Both the position numbers and the translations under genes were made by a program. A stretch of 63,782 bases of DNA, counting the filler, from Octopus bimaculoides (taxonomy: Eukaryota): assembly GCF_001194135.2 (NCBI RefSeq). It is 6 parts of 6 records of this genome, joined end to end, with 100 filler letters (N's around TTAATTAATTAA, not from the genome) between each part and the next. Parts side by side here need not be neighbours in the genome. Positions count along the whole stretch, not along the records: positions 53,024 to 59,985 come from NC_068991.1; positions 60,086 to 62,211 come from NC_068981.1; positions 62,312 to 63,782 come from NW_026325367.1; 3 more parts are not named here. The stretch is one strand, 5' to 3'. Positions 53,652 through 63,782 of the stretch are shown here, one piece after another. Every line of letters starts with the position of its first letter. The stretch's first letter is position 1. The notes beneath the pieces are model-generated. The model was not told where the DNA came from, did no database searches, and saw only the letters and a program-made list of their open reading frames with translations.

Positions 53652-53910
53652 AAGGTATGTATGTGAATATGTGTGCATATTTGAATACATGCATAGTCAG
53701 AAAGCATAGACCTTCAATAGCATTCGCATTTCAGAGGTATTATAAGACGAAGGAATACTGAACCAACACTATAGCAGTCAGACTCAGCTGTTTGTAGCAT
53801 TTTAAAGAATTTTCATTCAAATTATATTTCTTGAAAAAAGACAAATTTTCGTGTTTTTTTTTCTAGTATTAGTGTTGAGTAATTACGATTTCATTTTGAA
53901 GATGTGCATG

Positions 53911-54073
53911 CAGGCTGGCTGTTTGGTAAGAAGCTTGCTTCTCAGCCACTTATTTCCATGTTCACTTCCACTCTGTGACACCTTGTGCAAGTATCTTCTA
54001 CTATAGCCCCGGGCCGACTAAAGGCTTGTGAGTGGATTTGGTAGACGGAAACTGAAAGAACCTCGTCGTATAT
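53911..54073 (+). mobile_element. SINE family A, 5' half
   Basis: ggctggctgtttggtaagaagcttgct...gtagacggaaactgaaagaacctcgtcgtatata. Confidence 0.75.
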
Positions 54074-54428
54074 ATTTTCTTTTATTTTTTCAGTCATTTG
54101 ACTGGGGCTATACTGGAGCACTGCTTTTAGTCGAACAAATAGACCCCAGGACTTATTCTTTGTAAGCCTATCACTTGTTCTATCGGCCTCTTTTGCCGAA
54201 GCGCTAGGTTACGGGTACATAATCACACCAACATCGGTTGCCAAGCGATGGTAGTGGGACAAGCACTGATACACAAACATATACATATATAATGTATAAT
54301 ATATATACGACAGGCTTCTTTCAATTTCCGTCTACTAAATCCACTCACAAGTGTTTGGTCGGCTCGAAGCTATAGTAGAAGACACTTGCCCAAGGCGCCA
54401 CGCAGCGGGGCTGAACTCAGAACCATGT
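54074..54428 (-). mobile_element. SINE family A, 5'-clipped copy abutting the + copy in inverted orientation
   Basis: Tail tttcagtcatttgactgggg through ctgaactcagaaccatg. Confidence 0.8.
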
Positions 54429-54591
54429 ATATATATATAAGAGGGATGACCACTAAGTGGACATCCATTTTGTTAGAAGTAAACCACCTATGGTCCGACC
54501 ACTAAGAAAAGATTGTTCTCAAGAAAATTCAGCAAACACCAGAACGTAAGCGAACAAGACAAATGAAAAGATACAAAATATTAAGATTAAA

Positions 54592-54658
54592 CATAGACCG
54601 GTTTCGTTGTCACCACTTACGTAATTACTTACGTACTTGTCCGCAACTCTTCAGTATG
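54592..54658 (-). ncRNA. Type I hammerhead ribozyme motif (canonical core, GUC cleavage triplet)
   Basis: Minus strand reads CAUA-CUGAAGA-GUUG-[cggacaag UACGUAA guaa UUACGUA agugguga]-CAAC-GAAA-CCGG-UC-UAUG. Stem I CAUA/UAUG, intact CUGANGA and GAAA, stem II GUUG/CAAC, palindromic stem III ACCGGU, cleavage after GUC (54596/54595). Confidence 0.8.
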
Positions 54659-54714
54659 ATCGTCTTGGCAATATAATTTGCAGAACTATACACGAGACGT
54701 CCGCATAAGAATTT

Positions 54715-54856
54715 AACATGTATATAGTTCTGCCAATTGCATTTGGGGTTATATTTCAAAAGTCTTCGTTCTGGCACGCCAAATACCGCAGAGAATTATT
54801 TTCTGCAGAATTATTATTATGACCCCAAATGTAATTGGTAGAACTATATACATGTT
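54715..54856. repeat. Inverted repeat, 39-bp arms (36/39 identical), 64-nt spacer
   Basis: aacatgtatatagttctgccaattgcatttggggttata (54715-54753) versus tatgaccccaaatgtaattggtagaactatatacatgtt (54818-54856). Confidence 0.95.
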
Positions 54857-54954
54857 CAATCTTATAGGAAGCATTTCATAAAAATTTACAGAAAAAATAT
54901 TCATCATTCGTTAATCATAAAAGGGTGTTGCTTTTTCACGATAATCCTATCTGC

Positions 54955-55152
54955 TAGAGTCACAATGCCTGAAATTTGGGCGAGAAGGCTAGTCGATTAC
55001 ATCAACTTCATCGTTGCACTGGTACTTATTTCAACGACTTCGAAATGATGAAAGGCAAAGTGGACCCTGGCGAAATTTGAACTCAGAACGGCAAGACAGA
55101 CGAACTGCCGCTAAGCATTTTGCCTGGCGTGCTAATGATTCTGCCAAGTTAC
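54955..55152 (-). mobile_element. SINE family B
   Basis: agtcgattacatc...aaggcaaagtggacc...tttgaactcagaacg...gtgctaatgattctgcc. Confidence 0.75.
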
Positions 55153-55692
55153 TCAGGAATAGATTATGGCTCTAAATATACAAGTCTTACAACAGGCTTC
55201 TTAATCTTCCGATCTTGCACCATTTGATTATCACCTTTTCAGCTCATTGCAACATTATTTAGAGGGAGAACACATTGTCAGTTTTGCTGTGGTTAAAAAT
55301 TATACTGAGTGTTTCGTTGCTACGAAACCCGAAGAATTTCGTGTCCGTGTGATCAACAGTTTGCAAAATAAACGGGATTAAGTTATCAAGAATGAGAGAA
55401 AATAATACTTTGATTAAATATATCAATGAAATCCAAAGAAGCATTTGTTTCTACCCCATCATGAAATGCGGCAGTATTTCCTTTACGATCTAATATCTAT
55501 GTCTTTACTCTGTGTCTATATATGTGTTCCATTTGTGTGTTAGCGTATGCATGATTCAGTGCGGAACAGAAGCAAAGACCGTTTCTGTTATAGAAATATA
55601 ATGCGATACACTGTGGCAGAAATTGGATATGTAGAGACAAGTGTGACATATAGAAACGTGAAGTGACAGAGACACACAGAGACACAGACACA

Positions 55693-55752
<60 letters not shown>

Positions 55753-55777
55753 NNNNNNNNNNNNNNNNNNNNNNNNN

Positions 55778-55832
<55 letters not shown>

Positions 55833-56173
55833 TGTTCTATGAAAATACGAAATGATTGACAGACACAGCAACTAAGTGAATGATATTGAGAGACAGGAAA
55901 TGAAACTTATAGTTAGGATCTGAATAATGCAGATAGACCGGAAGTGAATGGCGTAGCTAAAGGAATCGAGCGATGTAGAATGATGTGAACCAAGTGATGT
56001 AGACTGGTAGGAAGTGAATGAGATATAGTGGCGATGTGAGCGACGGTAAAAGACGTAGGTATAAGATAAACAGTAAGCTACGTTTTCATATATANNNNNN
56101 NNNNNNNNNNNNNNNNNNNNNNNNNNNNNNNNNNNNNNNNNNNNNNNNNNNNNNNNNNNNNNNNNNNNNNNNA

Positions 56174-56248
<75 letters not shown>

Positions 56249-57555
56249 GCGTGCGTGTGTGTGTGTGCGTATATATGTGCGCGTGTGTGAGAGAGAGAGT
56301 GTGTGTGTATGTGTATGCTTGTGGGTGTATGTGTATATGTATCTATATATATATCATATATATATGTATATACATACGTACTCAGAGAGAGGAAGAGGGA
56401 AAGAAAGAGTAAGATAGATAGATAGAGAGGAATGGAGAGAAAGAGAGAGAGAGGGAGAGAGATATGCTCTGATATAAGACGCAGGAAGTAAGAGTTATGA
56501 AAAGACAGGGAGTAATAAATGGAGGCTGGAAGTTTCAGCGAGACGAATAAAATGTGTAGAATGCACAAGGCAATGAAATCGGTCTATGCCTTCTAAGAAG
56601 GTAAAGACAACGAGCAAAGAAAAACGGTAGACCTAAATAGATCACATAGCAGAAAAGACAAAAATTGAGCCCAACCATGTGTTACATCAGCCTCTATTCT
56701 ACAATTTGTTGCTGGAGTCTGCTGTCAGTCATTTTCTTTTGGTATTTCATGCAAGAAACCTAAAAGAGCAATCTTCCAAGATTGATGCTTTCAACTGTTT
56801 ATCATTTTTCCTCTGTACGCCGCCATCTCTCTGGTTACGGTGTATATATAAAAAGTATACAGCGAATCCGACAGGTTTTTGCAGCTTGTACTTATTTTAC
56901 CCACAGCGATTACCTAAGACTATAACAGCAGACTCACTTGGTTTCTAAATTTCCTTTAAGGCGCCTATAAAGTTATAGATACATATTACCAAGTCTTCTT
57001 ACACTGTTGGTTGAGAATAATAGTTCTTCACTTCAGTTACATTCATTAAAAGCTGATTGATATGTACACCATATTCAGACTCATTTGGATATGTACTAAT
57101 CCATATTCAGACTAAGATAACAATGTACTCACATATGTACGCAATCCATTACTGCACCTTATTCAATCTCACTTGAATATGTTAGCCACATATATACTCA
57201 ATCTATTTATCATCATTTCACATGCATACACGCATATATCCATTGCGCATTCACATATACATCAGTTCAGATTCTACTCCCTCACCGGTACATGAGACAT
57301 ATTTCAGGTTTTACACCACATCCAACTTTCGACCTACACCTCTTCATGTGAACGCAAAAATCTACATTAGCGTTCTCCCGTCATTCGTTGTTTGTCTGCC
57401 GTTTCTCAACAAAATCTGTCAGTGTCAGCAGTAGGACATGATACCGGCTTGTGTAAGGGGGAGGGGTTGCTAATATAGAATGTCTCAGCCTAAAATTTGA
57501 AATTGGTACTTATTATTTCAAATTAGGAAGATTTCGATAAACACCTACCATTTTA

Positions 57556-57965
57556 TTACTCTTTACTCTTTTACCTGTTTCAGTCATTTGACTGTGGCCA
57601 TGCTGGAGCACCGCCTTTAGTCGAGCAAATCGACCCCAGGACTTATTCTTTGTAAGCCTAGTACTTATTCTATCGGTATCTTTTGCCGAATCGCTAAGTT
57701 ACGGGGACGTAAACACACCAGCATCGGTTGTCAAGCGATGTTGGGGGGAGGGACAAACACAGACACACAAACACACACACATACATATATATACATATAT
57801 ACATATATACGATGGGCTTCTTTCAGTTTCCGTCTATCAAATCCACTCACAAGGCTTTGGTTGGCCCGAGGCTATAGTAGAAGACACTTGCCCAAGGTGC
57901 CGCGCAGTGGGACTGAACCCGGAACCATGTGGTTCGTTAGCAAGCTACTTACCACACAACCACTC
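57556..57965 (-). mobile_element. SINE family A, full length, near consensus
   Basis: Tail ttactctttactcttttacctgtttcagtc through cttaccacacaaccactc. Confidence 0.88.
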
Positions 57966-58566
57966 AAGAAACTGACCTCTAATTTTCATTGATTAGATAT
58001 TAAAATTAACCGATTAATAAAAAAATGCAAAAATAAATAAACAAAGACTTACAAAACACTTGGTGACCCCAACATAAAACGAACCAATCAGAATTGTTGA
58101 TGTCGATCTATCATTCCAAATATACATTCTTTTATAAAGACATCGACAATGAGCAGGAAAGCGCGGTAACCAAAAGGAAGCAGACGAGAGGAAGGAAATG
58201 AACAAAGCCAGATGTCACCTCATCCACTGTTCGGCAATCTGCCTGAATGGTTAATAATTCTAAGACTTCACTATGGCAAATGACATTCTCATTCTGCTCA
58301 CACTCTCTCCATCTCTTTATTTCTCTTTCTCCTGTTTCTGTGTCTCATGCTCGCATAAATACGAAACCAGCCAACAAACACAACATTGGAGAAGAAAGCT
58401 TTCTCTTACTTCTCTCTAGCTTCAGATCGAATGGTCGCGTCCAGTTTTATAATTCAATGATAAATGTATCATGAATCGAAAAGTTGGACTCCCTCACCTG
58501 TCGTTCACTCACACTGTTTATTTATCTTTTCATGTTGCCGATAAACTGGTGACTCTCATTCGCTCT

Positions 58567-58618
<52 letters not shown>

Positions 58619-58868
58619 CTCTCTCTATTTCTCTCTCTCTCTTTCTCTCTCTCTCTCTTTCTTTATCTCTCTCTCTTTCTTTCTCTCTCTCTCTCCCTCT
58701 CTCTCTCTCTCTCTATCTCTCTATCTATCTATCTATCTACACATGTGTATATGTTTGTCTATGTAAGTATGTCAGTACTTAACTTTTACCGAACCGTTAA
58801 ATCATAGGGCCATCACCAGACCAACACCACTTACCAAGCGGTACTGGGAGATAAGCACAAGCACAAAG

Positions 58869-58921
<53 letters not shown>

Positions 58922-59504
58922 NNNNNNNNNNNNNNNNNNNNNNNNNNNNNNNNNNNNNNNNNNNNNNNNNNNNNNNNNNNNNNNNNNNNNNNNNNNNNNN
59001 NNNNNNNNNNNNNNNNNNNNNNNNNNNNNNNNNNNNNNNNNNNNNNNNNNNNNNNNNNNNNNNNNNNNNNNNNNNNNNNNNNNNNNNNNNNNNNNNNNNN
59101 NNNNNNNNNNNNNNNNNNNNNNNNNNNNNNNNNNNNNNNNNNNNNNNNNNNNNNNNNNNNNNNNNNNNNNNNNNNNNNNNNNNNNNNNNNNNNNNNNNNN
59201 NNNNNNNNNNNNNNNNNNNNNNNNNNNNNNNNNNNNNNNNNNNNNNNNNNNNNNNNNNNNNNNNNNNNNNNNNNNNNNNNNNNNNNNNNNNNNNNNNNNN
59301 NNNNNNNNNNNNNNNNNNNNNNNNNNNNNNNNNNNNNNNNNNNNNNNNNNNNNNNNNNNNNNNNNNNNNNNNNNNNNNNNNNNNNNNNNNNNNNNNNNNN
59401 NNNNNNNNNNNNNNNNNNNNNNNNNNNNNNNNNNNNNNNNNNNNNNNNNNNNNNNNNNNNNNNNNNNNNNNNNNNNNNNNNNNNNNNNNNNNNNNNNNNN
59501 NNNN

Positions 59505-59561
<57 letters not shown>

Positions 59562-59985
59562 TATATATATATATGGAGTGAGAGATGGAGAGAGACAGGA
59601 AGAAAGGTACAAAGAGATAGAGAAACGAAGTTTGTGATGAAATATGGCGAGCATTTCCATGAAGTGCACTTTAGCTCGTGTGAGGCAGAATTAGAGAGAT
59701 ATAAAGATTGATAGAGAGTGGTAGAGAAGAAAAGGGTGAAAATTAAAGCGCAGAGAAAAATACTGTTGCGAGGACAATGTAACTAGGAAGGAAGGGGGGT
59801 AAGTAGGAGGAGATTATTTATGAAGTGCTGAATATAGCTGCAGATATAATAATCAGTGGGATAGATAGATAGATAGATAGATGGATTAATAAAGATGGAT
59901 AGAGCAATAGAGAGCGAATGATACATAGGTATAGATAGGTAGATAGATAGGTAAATAGATAGATAAATATATATATATATATATA

Positions 59986-60085
59986 NNNNNNNNNNNNNNN
60001 NNNNNNNNNNNNNNNNNNNNNNNNNNNNNTTAATTAATTAANNNNNNNNNNNNNNNNNNNNNNNNNNNNNNNNNNNNNNNNNNNN
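59986..60085. other. Artificial 100-bp scaffold join
   Basis: Linker 60030-60041 with 44 N on each side. Confidence 0.95.
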
Positions 60086-60114
60086 TAAAAAAAAAGGTAT
60101 ATACATATTTACAG

Positions 60115-60625
60115 ACATTTTGTTGGATGGCCGTTGACTACCTCTCTGAATAGGGAGGAGCGAACCTGTTTTCTCTCGTTAGTTGCTGTTGCGGAAGAGG
60201 TAGTATGGAAGGCGAGAGTGAAAGGAATTGCAACAGGCATGTTCATTTCCAGTCTCGAGCTAATCGACTTTGTCGTTTTCCACATGAAAAGCGCAAAATA
60301 AGGCTGGAGAGGAAATGCCTGTCGCAAAGTGTTTCGTAAAAGATGGAAGTCTGTAGCAAGTATGTTGTGAGTGAAAGAACCTGTCTAAACGAGAACACAA
60401 AAAGGACAAAGCAAAGTCCTCAGTGTGAGTATGTGGTTTGTGGGGGTCGACCCGTCCTCCGCTTTATTTATTATAAATCATTTATTCTCCTTTAATTGTA
60501 TATATTTTAATTGTTTCTTCATACGTTTCGTCTCCTTCAATCTCCTGACCCCAGTGTTTGTTTTGTCTGTCCTCGCATCGACCCCTTCTTTTTCTCAACC
60601 TCATGGTTAATAAAGAAATTGACTA
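60115..60625 (+). mobile_element. Possible 3' end of an L1/Tx1-like LINE
   Basis: Reads FLSLVAVAEEVVWKARVKG...FVVFHMKSAK* then RLERKCLSQSVFVKRWKSVASM, resembling recalled Tx1-type ORF2 C-termini. Followed by a pyrimidine-rich UTR and AATAAA at 60609-60614. Confidence 0.4.
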
Positions 60626-60851
60626 TTCAGGAGTTCATCCGCCCTTTGACCGTTCTTATTTTTCATCCTGCAGGATGTCCAACAACATCCTCCTCACCAA
60701 GCAAGCCTGGTGGGGTTGCCAGTTTAATCGCCGACGACCCGACCATGCGACAGGTTGTACTGGATTACATGTTACCAGTAGCACTCTAGAGCGACCTGAC
60801 ATACATACATACATACATACATACATACATGCATACATATATATGTATATA

Positions 60852-61113
60852 TTCTTTTATTCTTTTACTTGTTTCAGTGAATTGACTGTGGCTATACTGG
60901 AGCACCGCCTTTTAGTCGAAGAAATTGACTCCTGGACTTATTCTTTGTAAGCCTGGTGCTTATTCTATAGGTCTCTTCTGCCGAACCGCTAAGTCCGGGG
61001 ACGTTAACACACCAGCATCGGTTAAGCGATGGCGGGCGGGGGGTGAGACAAACACAGACAAACACACATGTAAATATATGCATACACATATACATACATA
61101 CATACATACATAC

Positions 61114-61149
<36 letters not shown>

Positions 61150-61304
61150 CGAGCTGCTTTCATTTTCTGTCTACTAAATCCACTCACAAGGCTTTGGTCG
61201 GCCGGAGACTATAGTAGAAGATACTTACCCAAGGTACCACACAGCGGGACTGAACCCGGAACCATGAGGTTGGGAAGCAAGTTTCTTACTACACAGCCAC
61301 GCCT
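60852..61304 (-). mobile_element. SINE family A, full length with expanded central (ACAT)n/(GT)n
   Basis: Same blocks on the - strand. Confidence 0.85.
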
Positions 61305-62211
61305 ACACCTACATATGTGTGTGTGTGTGTTTAATATGCCGTTTATATACTATATTATATTATATTATATTATATTATATTATATTATATATATATATAT
61401 ATATATATACTGCTTATTTTATCAATCACAAAGGCTGAAAGGTAAGATTTGAAATCAGAATGTTTGCGTATGATTGTGTGTGTGTGTGTGTGACTATAGC
61501 GCAGTGTGTATGTGTGTGATTGAGTAATACAGAGCGCGTGTAGCGGAATGTGCTTAATGTAGTGCGTATTTGTCACTGCAGCCTGTGTACAGCATGCTTT
61601 TACCTGCGTGGAAAATGAAGCTTAGTGTAAATTAATGTTGTATGTATATGTGTGTATATGTTCGTGTATCTGTGTGTCCATGTTTGTATATATAAGCTCG
61701 TGTGTATATTTATATCTTTGTCTGTACCTGTGCGTGTGTGTGCGTGTATGTGTCTCTGTGTGCGTCTATGTGTTTAGTTTAGTGATAAGTATAGAAAACA
61801 GTTATAACTTACTGTATAGATGGTAGTCTGTGCTTGATTGAACGTCAAGGCAGAGTTGTTCAGGGGTAGCGTTCATGTTAGATGAATTAATTCTCATTTG
61901 GTGGTCATTAGTGATGTTAATATCGAATAGAAACATCTTGGTATACGGATAGCTTCTACTAGCAGTAAATAACGTTTCCCAATGGCAGTGATGGTGAATA
62001 TGGTGAATATGGTGATATTGATGGATGTGGTGTTGGTGGTGGTGGCGGCGGCGGCGGCGGGGAATTTGGGAGTAAAGTGTCAGTGGTGATGGATGCAGTT
62101 GTAATGGTGGTGGTGGTGGTGGTGGTAACGAATATGACAGGAGTGATGGTTATAGTAGTAGTGGTGGTGGTAAATAAAAGTGTAGGGGACGGTAATGGCG
62201 GCGGAGAATGT

Positions 62212-62311
62212 NNNNNNNNNNNNNNNNNNNNNNNNNNNNNNNNNNNNNNNNNNNNTTAATTAATTAANNNNNNNNNNNNNNNNNNNNNNNNNNNNNNNNN
62301 NNNNNNNNNNN
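62212..62311. other. Artificial 100-bp scaffold join
   Basis: Linker 62256-62267 with 44 N on each side. Confidence 0.95.
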
Positions 62312-62993
62312 CCAGTCAAGAAACGGGTCGTTCTTGCTGCGTAAAAAAAAAGGAAGACGACACTTCAAAACGGCGTTTTTTTTTTTGGTTGTCGTTCAAT
62401 TCGTGCGGCATCTATTTCTCAAGTAGTTTTGTTTTCCAATCCCTTTCAAGTGGTTGGAAATTGTCGTATACGTTACGTCTGATTCAGAAGCAAGCTCTCA
62501 AACAGCTGTGCGTGGATTGGCTTCCATTAAGGCTCTTAGCTGATCGTTGTCAACATCCGATGGCCGACCACTACGCTTATCATCTACAAGACTCTCGTCA
62601 CCGCTACGAAATTTCTTGAACCACCATTGTGCTGTACGTTCATTAGTGGTTCCTGGGCCAAACGCATCGTTGATATCGCGAGCTGTTTCTGCAGCTTTTT
62701 GGCTTAGCTTGAACTGGAATAAGAAAATTGTGCGAATTTGCTTTTTGTCCATGCTGTATTCAACATTCCGGAAAAAAATGGTCTAATTATTCAAAAAGAA
62801 AAAGAGTAACACGATTAAATAGAGCGAAAAACAGGCTTTAAAATGATATATAAAGTCATATAAGGATATACATAAATGATATATATATATTTATATATAT
62901 ATATAAATGATATATATAAACGAAAATTAATTTGAAAATACATCATTTAAAACCAAAATTAAAAATTCCGCAAGAACTTTCTTGACAACCTAA
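62312..62993 (-). mobile_element. Tc1/mariner (cecropia/Hsmar1-like) transposon, 5' half with left TIR; remainder lost in the gap
   Basis: ORF 62752-62498 MDKKQIRTIFLFQFKL...AFGPGTTNERTAQWWFKKFRSGDESL..RSGRPSDVDNDQLRA is the mariner HTH region. It continues through stops and a frameshift to *MPHELNDNQKKRRFEVSSS...RSKNDPFLD (WVPHEL motif, ~62397-62414). Terminus on the - strand is TA|TTAGGTTGTCAAGAAAGTTCTTGCGGAATTT (TIR ~62963-62993, TA site 62994-62995). Confidence 0.93.
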
Positions 62994-63068
62994 TATATAG
63001 GATCTATCTATCTATCTATCTATCTATCGCTCTCTCTCTCTCTCTCTCAATATAGACGCGCGCGCACG

Positions 63069-63100
<32 letters not shown>

Positions 63101-63145
63101 ACAAAGTAAAATTGTCAGGTACCGCACGAGTGAAAATATATAGGG

Positions 63146-63266
63146 AAGAGGATCTGAAAATGCAGAAGTCTTTTAAAGATGTGTATTGAGTTGACCGGTG
63201 TGAAAAAGTGAAACCGGTCAACTCAATAAACATCTTTAAAAGACCTCTCCATTTCCAAGTCCTCTT
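63146..63266. repeat. Inverted repeat, 54-bp arms (48/54 identical), 13-nt loop
   Basis: Left arm 63146-63199, right arm 63213-63266. The inner 32 bp have one mismatch. Confidence 0.95.
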
Positions 63267-63555
63267 GTCCATATCGGTCGGCTCCAGCTCGTATCCGAGC
63301 CTTGAGTTCGTCAGTTTCCTTCCAGTCTCCTCGGCTGATGTTTGTGCCGAAAGTGATTTTGGAATCCAAGTCGGTGCTGAAAGAGTCGTGGCCAGAAATA
63401 TGTGTGTGTGTGTTTATGAATGTATGCATGCCTGTGAGTAGACACGTCCCCATTCCACATCGTGTGTGACTTGTTGAAGGCAAAGAAAGAGAATGTCAAA
63501 GTTAGCTGGGTACTCAGAGCAGTACGAAGAGTGATTGGAATGTATACGGTACCCC

Positions 63556-63705
63556 AGCCAATGAAATTGCGAGGAGAGACGGGCTTTTATGCCCCCGTGT
63601 ATATAGCCGCCAAGTTGTTTATCATTTTATCATGGCCACTATAGAGGCAGTGTTGAGCCCCTGCAAATTATATTTCAACAACACAAGGGTTTGACGTGAC
63701 GTGCC
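63556..63705 (+). promoter_or_regulatory. Candidate promoter-like cluster (CCAAT box, TATA-like element, tandem TGACGT)
   Basis: AGCCAATGA (CCAAT 63558-63562), TATATAG at 63600-63606 about 40 bp downstream, and TGACGTGACGT at 63692-63702, all in non-repetitive sequence. Motif evidence only. Confidence 0.25.
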
Positions 63706-63745
63706 AGGAACTGTCACTGAAATATAATATTTCGTTCATGTGTGT

Positions 63746-63782
<37 letters not shown>

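Noticed and set aside
574-62259. Long ORFs in the supplied track containing X runs or dipeptide repeats (IY, CV, HT, LS, RE) or homopolymers
   Set aside because: They arise from N gaps and microsatellites that lack stop codons; no domain motifs outside the LINE, mariner and LMO4 segments.
63223-63483. 86-aa minus-strand ORF overlapping the long hairpin
   Set aside because: Spans a (CA)n tract and ends within the inverted repeat; no recognisable family.
1-63782. CRISPR array, rRNA or prokaryote-type operon or defence system
   Set aside because: No regularly spaced repeat-spacer array, rRNA-like sequence or dense ORFs; the sequence is spliced animal genomic DNA.

Overview
This is a 63.8-kb AT-rich, microsatellite-dense, gapped animal genomic window. 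The SINE families, repeat landscape and intron size suggest an octopod cephalopod draft assembly (inference from recalled repeat sequences, not a database result). The only host coding sequence I can support is one + strand exon (23311-23528) encoding the N-terminus and first LIM domain of an LMO4-like LIM-only protein. It ends at a GT donor, and I found no LIM2 exon in the remaining 40 kb, so most of the window is probably one large intron. The rest is mobile DNA and simple repeats: two R4/Dong-like REL-endonuclease LINE relics, a CR1/L2-like RT relic, a Penelope-like RT relic, an Hsmar1-like mariner 5' half, a piggyBac-type MITE and about 30 SINE-type copies from four or five families. The most interesting signals are RNA-structural. 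There are three hammerhead-ribozyme motifs of the Penelope-associated type (canonical GUC type on the - strand at 54592-54658, minimal palindromic type at 47771-47816, A6U variant at 50078-50114), a 39-bp inverted repeat next to the first one, a 121-nt pre-miRNA-like hairpin (63146-63266) and closely spaced inverted SINE pairs that could form ADAR substrates. Five 100-bp N44-TTAATTAATTAA-N44 blocks are artificial joins, so order and distance across them are not base-level evidence. Nearly all long ORFs in the supplied track are artefacts of N-runs or microsatellites. SINE and decayed-element boundaries are approximate.
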